The notes: generated from the sequence alone by a model not told the origin. A stretch of DNA of 64,000 nucleotides from Pseudogymnoascus verrucosus (GCA_001662655.1 KV460236.1), one strand, 5' to 3'; positions 1 through 13,234 are shown, counted from the first letter of the stretch. Numbers and translations are program-made.

Positions 1-248
1 ATATGTCAAGACAACGCACACATATCAACCCCTTGAATTGTCCACTACCCTCGAAGTAAATTTTACCATGGCAGGAGCCCAAACTCTCCAATAACATTTG
101 TGACGAATATCCACTTGTTACTTTGGCTGTAAGGTGGATATCTTCGAAGACAAAACCCTTGCCTCCATGAAATCGGGCATCTACCTGTTTGCTGGCCGAC
201 TGGCTGAACGCAGCCTCTCAGCACCACCGGCGTAACGCGCCTGCTGCG

Positions 249-3200
249 ATGATCTGGTACTTCCTATACCCGTTCAGAGGGTGAGCACTACATCCCAAGC
301 AAACTGCATGCTATTGTTTGGAACCTAACACTTATATCAGGACGACTGAACCTCCGAGTCTTAGCCCCGCACATCCCCTTCGGCGCAGTTTCACACGATA
401 TGGACGAGAAGCTTCTCGACACCCAGTCATTACGATATTGATATCAGTAGCATTAGCGACATGTTTAATATACCCATTTCCATTTCTCTACACGAACAAC
501 TTCACAAATGGCGCCTCGAACTTACCCCACCATGTTTGGACCGCTGCGCAACCAGTACAGGAGAACATGGGCACCGAACCAGATGTTGTCATGAGATCTA
601 TATGGGTCCACGGGAGCTATATGAAAGCGCTGGGACGGGATGTGCTACTAGCTGGACTGGAGATCCAGGATGCATTGCTGGGGCAAACGATCAACTTCAA
701 TCCCAAGCTATCCGCTGGGCTCGGAAAGCCTGTGGGCCATGATACGCCCCTCAGCTTAGAAATGCGAGACTCCTTTCATGCTATCAATGGTCTCAGTGAG
801 CAGTCGTGGTTCTTTCACTCCCCGCTTCTGTACTGGTCCTGCTCTCCAGAAGCCATCGCCGAAGATGATGACATCGTTTCTACAATTAATGAAAGTTCAC
901 AGCGCTCCACGTCAGTCAATGTGACTCTCAGACACTCGATTGTGTTTAGTGGCAAGCGCTTCGAAGACCACCGCCTGGTAGCTGCTGATGCTCTGGTCAT
1001 AACCTTGGTCCACAAGCTAGACTCTCCTGTTGGCCGGCAATGGGAGAGGCAGGCCCAAGCATTGGCACAGTCATCGACAAGCCCGTGGCGCATGTATCCA
1101 CGCGATGGACGCGTAAACAATAGCCAAGTTTATGAGTTCAAGTTCCAACCACTGTCGGTTCAAGATGATATATTCCTTGCAATCGCGTATAGCATTACAG
1201 TAATCTACTTCTTGCTAAGCCTGACGAAGCTGCGAGCGCTCAAGTCCCGCTTCGGTTTGATGCTCACTGTCGTCGCGCAAACGGTCATATCTATCATGGG
1301 AAGCTTCACAATTTGCGCCATCCTGAAGATTGATGTCTCAAGAATCCCTCGAGAGGTATATCCCTTCGTTGTCGTGGCGGTTGGGTTGGAGAACATGTTC
1401 CGTCTCGTAAACGCTGTTATTATAACTCCGTCCCAGAGCAAGACATCATCAAGAATCGCCGAGGCCCTTGGCCAGGCAGGCCCTATTGCGTTGGCTGGCG
1501 TCGGCCAGGATTTGCTGATCCTATACCTCCTGTCTAAAGTCGTCGCGCCTGGTGTTGCCGCCTTCTGCATCTTTGCAGCAGTTGCCTTGATCTTTGATTT
1601 TGTCCTGCTACTTACCTTCTTCGTGGCCGTCCTGAGCGTCGATGTCCGAAGGACGGAGCTGAGCGACTCCTTGGAAACCGTGAAATCCCAACGCAAAAAA
1701 CTCGGTGCTGCAAAGCCGAAGAGGCACAATGCATGGGTGAATGCCGTTCTCAGCGGCAAGACTCCGATTTCTACACGCATCGCTGGAACCATTGTAATGG
1801 TCTGCTTCATCTTGGTTTTACAAGGTCACTTCTTCGACAACGAATCCCCGCTTCGGACGCTATCACGAGCGTTGCAATTCGTTCGCCCAGATCATCAATT
1901 ATCATCACCTCCTCCTGTCTCGCAGCTATCTGTCGATATCAACCAAGCGAGGTCTCCAACGGCCTGGCTTCGAATGCAGGATCATGAGACCGCCCGGGAA
2001 GTCATTCACGTTATCAAGCCAGATACGCATAGCTACATTGCTCGCGTCTACGACCCCTTGGTATTTGTGCTTGACTCGTCAGACCGAACACCAACCAAGG
2101 CAGGTGTCCGAAGGTTCCTACCCGCTGCTTACGACTTTGCCAGGAATCAGTCAACTGTATTTGTTGTGAGCGTTCTGATAGTTGTTGCTGCCGTTTCTCT
2201 GCTCATGAATTATCTCCTCTGGAACGAGGAGGATACGAGTCATGATGACGATGGCACGATTCATAAGGAGGATCCGTTGATGACAGTTACCACACTGACT
2301 CCAGGCCATGATCTTGATGTTGTCATGCTTTCTGCCTCGCCAGACGGTGTGGTTGTTTCTGTTGGGCTAGATCGGCGCATTAGGGTCTGGGATCTACAAC
2401 AAAATGATCGGAGTCACTATATATCGCCTACTACGAATGAACTGTACCCATTTCCGATCCTTGCTATGGCAATCGATGAGCAAGCAGAATGGGTTGCGCT
2501 TCTTTCTGTGACTGGGCGATTGATGCTGTGGAATATCAACGAGAAGCAATGGGGGCCATCTGGTATTATTGGAACAGAGACTCGAGCGCCTCCTTTGTTC
2601 TCATTCAAATCTCCAAAGCCTGGAGCGATTGCTTCTTTGCTGATTGTCTGGACGAGCGGGTCATTGATAGAGGTTAACTTCCATCGTGAGTCTGCGAATC
2701 AGATCGTTGAATTGAAGCCATGGGAGGGTCTGATTTCCTCCGCCAAACAGTTTGTGGCAAAACGTAAGTTTTATCTTCATCTCGTATGAGAGATTACATT
2801 TCTGTTAGAATCACCAGCTGACACGCCTTAGCTACTACCACAGAGACAGAACCCTCTCTCCACATCGTCGTACTCACTACTAAAGGCACTATCTACCTCG
2901 CCTCCCAGCTCGACGACAAATGGGACTCTACCACCATCACACTCTTCCCCCCCTCCACCCAAAAAATCAAAGCCATCCTCCCCCTCCCCAAACTCAACCT
3001 CCTCCTAGCCATCACCGACACCACCGCAACCCTGCTCCACCTCCCCACCCAATCCACCCTCCACACCTTCACCGACCTCGACGCTCGACCCCAATCCCTC
3101 CAATGCTTCCACTCCGTCAAACGCCACGCCTTCTGCGGGCACAACGGGCTCGCGTCTTTCTCCTTGGCGTATAATAGTCGCTCGACTGGTAATCCGGTTC

Positions 3201-3748
3201 TACATACTTACTCCCCTTCCCAAGACGGCGATCTCATCTGCACCGCGCCCTCGCAGCCGTCTAGCAATCCACCTTGCAACACCTGGTCATCCGCCACCCT
3301 GACCGTACATAAAGTCCCCCACAACGGCGCCTGGCAGGCCCTCCCCTGTGGCGCCATCGTAGGCGTAACCAAACACCGCGCCTCTCGCCGCTCATCCTCC
3401 TCCGACTCCCCATCCCGGAGCAGTAGTGCATCAGGCCTCCGCCATCGTCGCGCTGGCACGCCGCGCGGTCTGAGGGGAGAGGAGACGGATGGGTGGGAGG
3501 CGTGGACGCTGGAGGCGAGGGGGGAGAGGCATAGTGTTGATCTTGCTGGAGAAGGGGGGAGGGGGGAGCAGCTGTTTGTGATGGGTGTTGAGAAGGTGGT
3601 GGGGGTGGGGAGGAGGAGTGTGGTGGTGGGGTTTGGGAATATGGTTAAGGTTGTTATGGTAGGGAATGAGAGGTTTGAGGGGGAGGAGGAGGAGGGGGCG
3701 GGGGAGGTGAGGTTGGGGAGGAGGAGGAAGGGAGGGGGAAGGGGATAG
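249..3748 (+). CDS. scp1: SREBP cleavage-activating protein (SCAP/Scp1)-like: sterol-sensing transmembrane domain plus WD40 C-terminus; exons 249-280, 341-2763, 2832-3748
   Basis: Spliced start MIWYFLYPFRGTTEPP. Multi-TM sterol-sensing segment (EVYPFVVVAVGLENMFRLVNAV, FCIFAAVALIFDF) and a WD repeat (GHDLDVVMLS...SVGLDRRIRVWD). Introns 281-340 and 2764-2831 are GT-AG and join the ORFs in frame. Confidence 0.9.
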
Positions 3749-4683
3749 AGGGGCAAGATGGCATTTTCGTGAACAGAAGGGCAAGAGGGGGTCGCATTGG
3801 GTGAAAGAGGGTGTTGATGAATGGGTTAGCATGATGGCATTTTCATGAGCGAGAGGTTAGGGTGGAGGTGGCATTGGATGAGAGATGATTTTTACGATAA
3901 TAATGCATTTATGAACATAAGAAAATACCAAAAATCAATAAACAACGAAAATACAAACATCCCTATTTTCCCCCCCCCAAACATTCATCAAAAAAATATT
4001 CCGAGACAGGAGAAAAGGAAAACCACCAACTTACCTTCCCAACCCGGCAATTATTCCACCTCAATTCTCCGCCCGCGCAAACCCCCATTGACTCACACCC
4101 AGCCGCCATCTCCAACAAAATGGCAACGAACGGCAACAAGGGCTTCTTAAATCCTATTAAATCCGACCCCTCCACAAAACCGGGACCTGCCTTACTCACG
4201 CCGCTACCCCTTCAGCATTAGTCCAGCGGATTGCTTGATAAGTTTCTCCATCTCACCATCTCGCAGTGTATCCTCGATGTCGTAATACTGCATTCGAACG
4301 AAGACGGGATGTACTAACGCCGAGATGACAAAGCAGGGAGTTATGTATCCACTGTGGTTATCTGTATTGGGGGCGATGAGGGGGATGGGGGATGTGCCGG
4401 GATAAGTGTGGTGTCGGGGTTACGGCGCGCTGGTTGTCCGCGATGGCGTAATGGGATTGGTGGGGTTTAATTCAGTGTGGGACGCGAGGTATGATGGAGG
4501 GGTTGAAGTGGGGGTTTGGGGGTGGGAGGTGCGATAGTGGAGCTTTGTTTGGAGGATGTATATATATAAACTCACTCGTATCGTGTTAACTATTCTTCAA
4601 AGCTTTCTTATTTCAAAGACATTGAATTGAACTGGGAGAATCAAGAGACAAGAAAACGAGCGACTAAACAGCAATTCGATAAA

Positions 4684-5929
4684 ATGGCAACACCTTCAAA
4701 AGAGTTCACAGCGGGGCTGGAGAGCAGTAAAGCCGAGTATGTGAATCTGGGGAAGAGCGGGCTCAGAGTCTCCGTCCCGATTCTGGGGGCTATGAGTTTT
4801 GGAAGCCGTGAGACGCTGCCGTGGGTTATTGAGGAGGATGAGGTGTGTTTACTTTCCCGTTTTTTTTCTCTCACACTTCCACTTCCCTTCTCGATTTTAA
4901 TATTTCCAATCCATTCCGTTCGCTGTGAGCACGCAATCCCCGATTCCCTTGCACCATCACCACCACCCCCCCGCATCGGACAAGTCAAGCAAGCATAGCA
5001 ACGATGAACCAAGCTAACCCCCCTACTAGGCCCTCCCCCTCCTCAAAGCAGCTTACGATCGGGGTCTGAACACATGGGACACCGCGAACGTATACTCCAA
5101 CGGCGTCTCAGAGGAGATAATCGGGAAAGCAATCAAGAAATACTCCATCCCGCGCTCCAAGCTCGTGATCCTCACCAAGCTCAACGGCGCGGTCATGGAG
5201 TCCCTCAGCGACCGCGGCGCGCTGCTCGATAGCAAGCTGTTGAAGGCTAACAAGGATTACGTTAACAACCACGGTCTTTCGCGGTCTGCGATCTTCAAGG
5301 CGCTGGATGAGAGTTTGAGGAGACTGGATACGCCGTATGTGGATTTACTCCAGATTCATCGTTTTGATGCTAGCGTGCCAATCGAAGAAACAATGGAAGC
5401 CCTCCACGACCTCGTCAAGTCCGGTAAAGTCCGCTACATCGGCGCCAGCAGCATGTGGGCCACTCAATTCGCACGCATGCAGTTCGTAGCCGAGCAAAAA
5501 GGGTGGACGAAGTTCGTGAGCATGCAGAATCACTATAACCTCCTCTACCGCGAGGAAGAACGTGAGATGATCCGGTTCTGCAATGAGACGGGCGTGGGCT
5601 TGATTCCCTGGGCGCCGCTGGCGGGGGGCGCGCTGGCGAGGAAGCCGGAGGAGCAAGGGGGGACGGAGAGGAGTAAGGGGAATGAACTTGGGGAGGTGGA
5701 TAGGAAGATTGTGGAGAGGGTGGCGGAGGTGGCGGGGAAGAGGGGGTGGACTTGTAGTGAGGTTGCGTTGGCGTGGGTGGGGAAGAGGGTGACGAGTCCG
5801 ATTGTGGGGTTTAGTAGTGTCAAGAGGATTGATGAGGCGTTGGGGGGGAGGGGGAAGGTGTTGACGGAGGAGGAGGAGGCGTATTTGGAGGAGTTGTATC
5901 AGCCGAGGAGGATTGTTGGGCATTCGTAG
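4684..5929 (+). CDS. Aldo-keto reductase (aryl-alcohol dehydrogenase-like); intron 4843-5029
   Basis: AKR motifs [39 protein letters not shown] and [18 protein letters not shown]-like element at ~4559-4570. Confidence 0.93.
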
Positions 5930-5999
5930 GTGTTGGGGGGAAGGGTGTGAGAAGAGAGGATAGAAATAAAAGCTGTGTTCTTTTAGTATGTCATGCAGG

Positions 6000-6740
6000 A
6001 TGTCTTCATTCTTGAGTCCGCTGTTATGAGGGATCTGCTCTCAGCTTCGCTATATTATGCTTGTCCAGTATGTTTGTTCATTCTTGGATTCCTTGTTCGG
6101 TATGGTCGTGTAGTATGCTCGTGCATTATGTTTATTCGTTATTGAGTCTCTTTCTAGATGGTCGTGCAGTATGCTCGTTCATTCTCAAGTACTATGAGGG
6201 ATCTACTATTAGTCTCGTTGTCTGATGCTTGTGTAGTATGTCTTATCATGCTTGAGTTTCTTGTTCAGTATGCTCATGCAGTATGCTCATTCAATCGTGG
6301 GCCTGTTGTTCTGTATGGTCGTGGAGAGTATGCTCGTTCATTCTCGAGTCCTTAGAGGGATCTACTATCAGTCTTGTTATCTGATCTCGTGGAGTATGCC
6401 TATTCATCCTTGAATCTCTTGTTCTGTATGGTCGCGCAGTATGATCATTCATTCTCGAGTCTGTTGAGAAAACTACCTCAATTTCGATATGCTATGCTCG
6501 TAGAGTATCTCTATTCATTCTTGGAGTTTCTTGTTCTGTATGCTTGTACAGAGTTCCCATTCACTCTTGAGTCTGTGCGAGGAATCCACTGTCAGCTTCA
6601 TATATCAAAGGCCTCATACTTGAGCCCACTGTGAGGGATCCACTGTAAGTTCCATCCATTAAAGGCCTCACTGTGAAGAAAGAGATACCTCTATCAGTTT
6701 CATAGGTCAATGGCCTCACTCCGAGACTTGAATGAGGTAA
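6000..6740. repeat. Degenerate intergenic tandem repeat array
   Basis: Recurring GAGGGATCYACT-like words (~6028, 6196, 6355, 6579, 6633) and many variants of GTATGCTCGTTCATTCTCGAGTC. No credible ORF. Confidence 0.7.
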
Positions 6741-8379
6741 GCAAGATGTTCCTGTAAAGACTTGCGGGGTAACAAGTAGCGTAGTACGAGACCGGAGGTG
6801 TGATGAGACTTGAAGTGATGGATGGCATTTCACACCCCTCTCGCCATGAAGCTATCCTATCCACAACCCTCCGGATCAGGTAGTTGCTCTCGAGTCACCA
6901 AAGCCGTCTTGCTCACACTACCTACCAACCCCAGTCCCGTGATCACCAATGTTTCACCTAAACACTCTTACTGTAAACAGTAAACCCAGAGACATCGCCC
7001 CTTCTATCCCCATCCTATCCCATCCCATACATTACCATCACAACCCCCCCCGACCGAGGTACTCTCCACCCATCCGTACCATCTACCATCCTCCCTCCGT
7101 TACGTTGCTCAACGAACGCAGGTACTGTGACAAAGAGAGGGGGTTTCGGGCAGTGCAGTCGTCACACTGGCTGGCTGATAACGCGTGATACGGGAATGAC
7201 GGCGATGAGCGAACACCCAGCCAATCAAGTGGTCTGGGCCTTTTGGATCGCTCGGGGGGGGATGGTGGTGGTGGTGTTACCCAGTGAGTGAGTGGGCGTC
7301 AAGTTACCGTGGAGTGATGCCGTCTTCGCGCAGTTTAGAGGTTCGTAGAGTAGATTCGAGTATCGACGGTATCAATATAGTTGTAAATACCCTCATATCT
7401 GCTCCAAACTGCCCATTCTCATCAATCTCGTCCCTTCATCACTCGTCGTTGCTACTGTGGATACCGCACACCCTCAATCCTGGGTCTTACGTGGGTACTG
7501 TTTGCTACTATCGCAGTAGTGACGGCAGCGAAGCTCTGACGACTCCACATCTCCCCCGGATTTCAGGTAATGAACTAGCTACATGCGGCAAGCTCCGTCC
7601 TCCTTCCTTCCCTTGCTCACGCGACTTGGACGCAACCCGGACGCAACCCCCGCTCCAGACCTGCAAACTTGCCAATCAATCGCCAATCAGATGTACAGGG
7701 TACGGTATGTATAGTATATCAAAGTATGGTACAGATAAGTAACTGTACGTATGTATGGAATGGATTATGGGTGCTTGCTCAATCAGTGGCTGTGGAATGC
7801 CAATTATGGCAGTTATTACCAGGCAAACCAGGCAAACCAGGCAGGCAGGCACCTTGAGACACTGACACACATACAGTCCCATACAGTCCCCTCCCAATTC
7901 CCCCAATCCAATCCCCTACCTTCCCATAGATCACACCCCCTCTTCCCTCCCTCTCACCTTCCCCTCTTCTGCTCCTTCCCCCCCCTCCTCCTACTCTCCA
8001 TCACTCACCTACCTCCCACCTATCTCCTCCTCCCAACCTCCCACTTCCAACCTTACACATCACATTACACACCTTCAATCAATCAAACCAAACTCAATCC
8101 ACACAACGTCAGGTACCTGAATCGTCGTAACTGCATCCTATAAACGTCACTTCTACCATCCCCCTCATTCCATCCATCTTCAACATCAAACCTCAAAACC
8201 TCAAACCCATCCTCAAGCAAGCTTCACGTTTGTTTGTCTTCTTGTCTTCACCCTATAAATACAACTTCATCTCCTTCACACCTTGATATCCATTGACTCC
8301 CCAGCGGGTCTTCAACTATCCATCAAAACCACGCAACTGCCTCAAATCCAGAGCAGTTCCATCAAACCCATCCATCATC

Positions 8380-9233
8380 ATGGCCGATATCGATAATGTA
8401 CCCCTCACGAAGGTCGACTCCGCCGTCCAGGGTCTCTCGTCGTCGCCGCCAAAGGAGAAGGGCCATCGCCGCATGAGCTCAACGGCTGCTGGAGTGTTCA
8501 ACATCAATGACTTAGGTACGTCACATCATCCATCATTCATTTCTCCAGCCTCAACTCGCCATCCGTGGCTTCTGACATCGTGATGAACTGTGCTGACAAT
8601 GAACGACAAACAGAAAAGGAAGGCACGGAACTCCTCATTGCAAAGGAGACCCAGAAGCTCAACTGGTAAGTCAAGTCGAGCCTCGCTCATTACCCCGCAC
8701 TGCATGCATACATACACCTGCCCTTGCCCACACATACCATCATCAACCTTCTCAACATAGACTAACCATGCTTCTTCCATCACAGGAGAATCAACAAGTC
8801 GCCCACAACTGTGGAGGACAAGGACTACTTAAAAAAATTCCTCACCACCCCACCGGTCAAGAAGATCGACCTACACTTCCCACTGGGACTCGAGGTAACG
8901 GCACGGAACCTGAAGGGCGTAACCATCAAGGATGCATTAGATGCAATCTACAAGCAGTTCAGGAAGAAGGTATGTGCTTGCCGGTCATCCCGGATATCCG
9001 GAATATCCATCCATCCATCCACCCACCCACTCCCCTCATCATTTCAAATAAAAGAAAACAAACTAACAACACCCCAACAGGAGGATGACGAACTCGAAAA
9101 CCCCGTCCTCGCTGGCTTCGAATGGGACAAAGAAGAGTCCTGGACCCGCTTAATCGTGCACTGCAAGAAGGAGGGCGCCGCACCCATGACCAAGAAGTCC
9201 AAGAAGAAGGCCAAGGATGGTGAAGAGGAGTAA
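8380..9233 (+). CDS. Small conserved-looking fungal protein of unknown function; exons 8380-8515, 8614-8665, 8786-8969, 9081-9233
   Basis: Three canonical introns join into one ORF (MADIDNVPLTKVDS...KIDLHFPLGLEVTARN...LAGFEWDKEESWTRLIVH) ending in a Lys-rich tail. Confidence 0.85.
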
Positions 9234-10561
9234 ATTACCCCCCTTCTGATTCCGAGCTCTCTATCCCCCCCCCGATCCCTAGCGGAGGCGGCTGGTGTGA
9301 TACATCTCGAAGACCTCGGTTCGTTGGGAACGAACGAGGTATTGATGATACGATGGGAATACTTTGCTTGCGCTGGGCTGGCTGAGCTGGCTTGAGTACT
9401 TGCACTTGCACTGGGTTTTTGATGATGATTATGGAGATGGAAATGAAAGAGTGATGAAAGGCTCTTGACTGGCCTGTTTAGCTGGTACTACTCACACAAC
9501 ACAACACAAACTTACTTTCTCTTTCCTTTTTTTACACTTGTACTAGCTAGGACAGTCGAGCTGATTAATTGAAGTCTCTCTCCTCTTTTGAGAATTTTGG
9601 GTTTTTTTCGGGGTGATGGTGATTGTGTGACTTGTGATTTGTGAGGGGGTGAGTGAGTGAGTGTTATCGTTGTCGTCGTTGTGAGAAATTTGTGTGGCTC
9701 CACATGTGCGTCTCTAGTGAGCTTATCCCTGTACGAGTATCCATAGCTTCCCCACGATGTTTGATAGAGGTGTTCGTGGGTTAGATATGGATTTTGCAAC
9801 TTGTCAGTATAGAATTTTGCTATATGAACAGTATTCCGGTGATTCTCCTGGCCTTCGAATCACCCAGTAGGCAGGCATAACTTCGTGTAGAATTGACGTG
9901 TGCACGTGACCTTTCTGACTGATATCGCGCCAAGGGATTTGTTATGGTGGTTTGGACGACGTCCAACCTCGCTCTCTCACTTGCGACGCCAACATTTACG
10001 GCGGCAAAACGAAACGCTGCTACTACACACATACGATTCCATGGATCGGAAAATCAAATGTTATGTTTGACTTTAGAGCACAAAACCAGTGCGAGATGTA
10101 AACACAACAAACGCGAAAACAATCGAAAATCACAAATATGGTGATGATTGGATGATAAGATGGTATCTTGCATACGGCTATGTAAGGAGCCAACTGAGAG
10201 ATAAAAAGCTGCGTATCTATATGCGTCCCATCGTATTTCTCCAGCGCGAGGCAAATGCAAGGTGCAAGTTGCAAGTTGTAACGTGCCAGCTAGGTAGGTA
10301 GGTAGAACCCAAAACATTCTTGCCCAATATCAGCTTCAGCAATATCAACGCCGTCACCCGCAGCTCTCAGTTCTCGCAGCCTCAGCAACTTCAATGTGGT
10401 ATCCATACAGCAAACCAACCAGCCAGCCCTTCTTCTTCTTCGGGTTGTAGCACATAACCCCATCAAACGCCGCGCGAGCAGTGATACAATATCACAACAC
10501 ACCACCACCACCCTCCTCTCCACCACCCGGACCAAACTCCTGATTAATCCACTGCACAACC

Positions 10562-13234
10562 CTATCCCTCTCCCTGCTCACACCACCACCAGCTGCCACC
10601 CCGCTTCCTCTCAGCGACCGAACTTGCACCGGTCCCGCCCCCGTCCCTCCGCCCTCCACCACCGCCACCCCCTCCTCCTCCCAATCCCCCCAACCCCTGC
10701 CCACCAGGCCCACCCGGCGGCATCCCAACACTATCCCACAAACTCCTCGGCACCTCCACCACCTCCCTCCTCCTCCCCCCGGCTCTATTAACATGCCTAA
10801 CATGCTTATAATTAGCATTAACCTTCGCCTTCAAAAAACTCGGATGCGGCTTCTGTGTCCGTCCCAGCGTCGCGAAATCACTCGTCACCTTCGCCGCATC
10901 AGAGAGTTTCGCTAGAGGTTTGGAGGCCGGGTGCATGATGGCGCGGGAGGCTTTGTCTTCTTTGTCTGTTATGGATTTCATGGGTTTGAAGCGCGGGCGG
11001 GGTGGGATGCGGGGTTCGCGGGGGGGTGGGGGGGAGGGCGAGTCGGAGGAAGGGTAGCAGCGGTCTGGACTTTGTGGGGTTGCTGCATCGTCGCCATCAC
11101 CGCGACGACGACGACGGCGTTTTGGTAGTGGAGGGGGGATACTGCGCTCGCGTTGTCTGCCGCGGGAGGGCGAGCGGGGAGGGGCGAAGGTGGATGCGTG
11201 TGAGGAGACGGAAACGCTGGACCGGGGCCGTTTGTTTGTCGCAGCGCCGGATTCAGGGGCTGTGCTTGGGCGCGCTGTTTCTTGCCGGTGCAGTGGGGAG
11301 GGTCTGGGTAGGGGCGCAGGCTGCCTGGCGCGGGGAGGTGGGGAGGGGGCGAAGCGGGAGCCGATGGAAGAATTGGATGCGCTGGATTGAGGCCGTTTGT
11401 TGGCGGGGGCGCTAGCTTCGGGTGCTGTGCTTGGGCGGGCGGTTTCCTCTCGGTGGAGGGGAGAAGGTTTCAGTGCTGCAATGGGCTGTCTGCCGCGTTG
11501 TGGTTGGCTGGATGCAGGGGCTTGCGGTCCGCGCGGCGGTTGAGTGGGAAGATCGAAGCGCGAGCCGATGGAAGTGGATGAGGCGCGGGAGTCGGGCCGT
11601 TTGCTGGGGCGAGCGCTGGCTTCGGGTGCTGTGCTCGGTCGCGCGGTTTCTTCTTGGGGGAGGCGGGAAGGCTTGAGTGCTGGAATGGGGGTTTTGGCGC
11701 GCTGGGACGGTGGGGGGGCATCTTGGGGGTCGCCGATGGAAGGCGCGGGGTCGACTAATTTCGGGGGCGACTTGTGGCGCGTGCCGGCGTCAATTGGTAC
11801 AACTGGTTGCTTGCTTTTTTGTCGCTGGCCTTGAGGGGGCTGGGGGGCAATGGTAGATTGCTTGGCGCGGTGTGATGGCGAGGTGAGGTCGAAGCGGTCG
11901 CCGATGGAAGATGCCGAAGCGATCGATTTCGGTGGGGGTTTATAAAGGGTGTTGATATGGAGGGGAACTCCTGTCTGGGTGTCCCTTTGTTGGTAGACTT
12001 GGGAGGGTGTGGGCGCGGGAGGCGTCTGTCTAGCGTGGTGTACAGATGGCGGTGGATCCAGGGGATCACCGACTGAGAACGCGGAGGTTTGTGGTTTCGG
12101 GGGTAGCTTGCGGCTCGTGTCGGGATCAAGCGGTTCCCCATGGCGCTTGTTCTCACGCCTCTGGATAGGGGCGGCTTTGGGTCCTGGGACGGGCCGTGTA
12201 GTGTTGCGAGGCGATTGTGGATCCAACGGGCCGCCAACGGAGGACGCAGACCCCGTAAATCTGGGGAATTTTCTCTGGTTTGTGTTTGAATCAAGAGATT
12301 CTTCATTCCGCTTGTCCTCCTGCCTCAATATATAGTCTGGTTTTGGCGCTAGAGCGGGCTCTCTCGCGTGGCGAGGCGGTGAGGGTGAATCCAAGGGGCC
12401 GCCAACGGAGGACGCAGACCCCGTAGATCTGGGGAATTTTCTCTGGCTCGTGTTTGTATCAAGAGGTTCTTCATTCTTCTTCTCCTCCCTCAAGATATAG
12501 TCAGGTGTTGGCGCTAGAACAAGGTGTCTAACCTGGCGAGGAGGTGAAGGTAGGTCGTAAAGGTCAGCAAGGGATGATTCAGATGCTTCCAATTTTAGGA
12601 AGTGTTTGTGGCGGGCGCTGGCAGCAGGCGGTGTCTTTGCCCGTCTGCTCTCCTGTCGGTCTCCATGCTCGGCTTTAATCGGCCTGGAGCGTTCGCGGAC
12701 GTCTTCATCCGCTGGAACTGGAGCGGCAAGAGCGGCAGCAGGGCCCGCTGTTTCCCGAGCGCGGACATGCTCGCGATCACCCGGCTCGCTGCCTTCGGGG
12801 GCGTCTTTGTCGGCCGGATCGGGAGCTGGGGGGGGGCCTGCGGCTTCCCGTCTGTGCTCCGGTTGGACCGGCTTGCTTTGTTCAGAGGCGTCGGCTCTGG
12901 CTCTGGCGGCGGCTGCTGGAGGGAAGTCAGTAAATCGGGCCGAGACAAGGCGAAGGGGGGACTTACACTGCAAGCGCTTCACCGTCCTAGCTTGCAATTT
13001 AACGTCACTTATATACCCGTGGTCCTTGATTAGTTGAAACAACTGTTTTTCAGCGCGGAGGAGGGTCGGGTCGGTCTGCCGCGGTGGTGATTTCTCTCGC
13101 AGCTGCTCAATGCAGCGGACTTGCATGCGCAAGAACTTGCTGGCTGGGTCGTCCTCGATTATTTTAAAAATTGTGTCGAATATTCTTTTTTCAAAACCAC
13201 CTTGCTCTTCTTTCCTCTTTTTCGCCTCTTCCAT
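10562..13234 (-). CDS. Large Pro/Ser/Arg-rich, probably disordered protein with ~9 degenerate ~56-aa tandem repeats
   Basis: Open frame longer than 2.6 kb; ATG in strong context (TTCACCATGG) at 13234. Repeats are also visible in the DNA (CCGCCAACGGAGGACGCAGACCCCGTA at 12231 and 12399, 168 bp apart). The true start is uncertain. Confidence 0.7.
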   Translation of the reverse strand: MEEAKKRKEEQGGFEKRIFDTIFKIIEDDPASKFLRMQVRCIEQLREKSPPRQTDPTLLRAEKQLFQLIKDHGYISDVKLQARTVKRLQCKSPLRLVSARFTDFPPAAAARARADASEQSKPVQPEHRREAAGPPPAPDPADKDAPEGSEPGDREHVRARETAGPAAALAAPVPADEDVRERSRPIKAEHGDRQESRRAKTPPAASARHKHFLKLEASESSLADLYDLPSPPRQVRHLVLAPTPDYILREEKKNEEPLDTNTSQRKFPRSTGSASSVGGPLDSPSPPRHAREPALAPKPDYILRQEDKRNEESLDSNTNQRKFPRFTGSASSVGGPLDPQSPRNTTRPVPGPKAAPIQRRENKRHGEPLDPDTSRKLPPKPQTSAFSVGDPLDPPPSVHHARQTPPAPTPSQVYQQRDTQTGVPLHINTLYKPPPKSIASASSIGDRFDLTSPSHRAKQSTIAPQPPQGQRQKSKQPVVPIDAGTRHKSPPKLVDPAPSIGDPQDAPPPSQRAKTPIPALKPSRLPQEETARPSTAPEASARPSKRPDSRASSTSIGSRFDLPTQPPRGPQAPASSQPQRGRQPIAALKPSPLHREETARPSTAPEASAPANKRPQSSASNSSIGSRFAPSPPPRARQPAPLPRPSPLHRQETARPSTAPESGAATNKRPRSSVSVSSHASTFAPPRSPSRGRQRERSIPPPLPKRRRRRRGDGDDAATPQSPDRCYPSSDSPSPPPPREPRIPPRPRFKPMKSITDKEDKASRAIMHPASKPLAKLSDAAKVTSDFATLGRTQKPHPSFLKAKVNANYKHVRHVNRAGGRRREVVEVPRSLWDSVGMPPGGPGGQGLGGLGGGGGGGGGGRRDGGGTGASSVAERKRGGSWWWCEQGEG

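Noticed and set aside
6000..6740. CRISPR-like array
   Set aside because: Eukaryotic context, degenerate repeats, no constant repeat/unique spacer pattern and no cas genes.
10141..10197. C/D-box snoRNA candidate (GTGATGA...CTGA)
   Set aside because: Short, with no terminal stem or identifiable rRNA guide.
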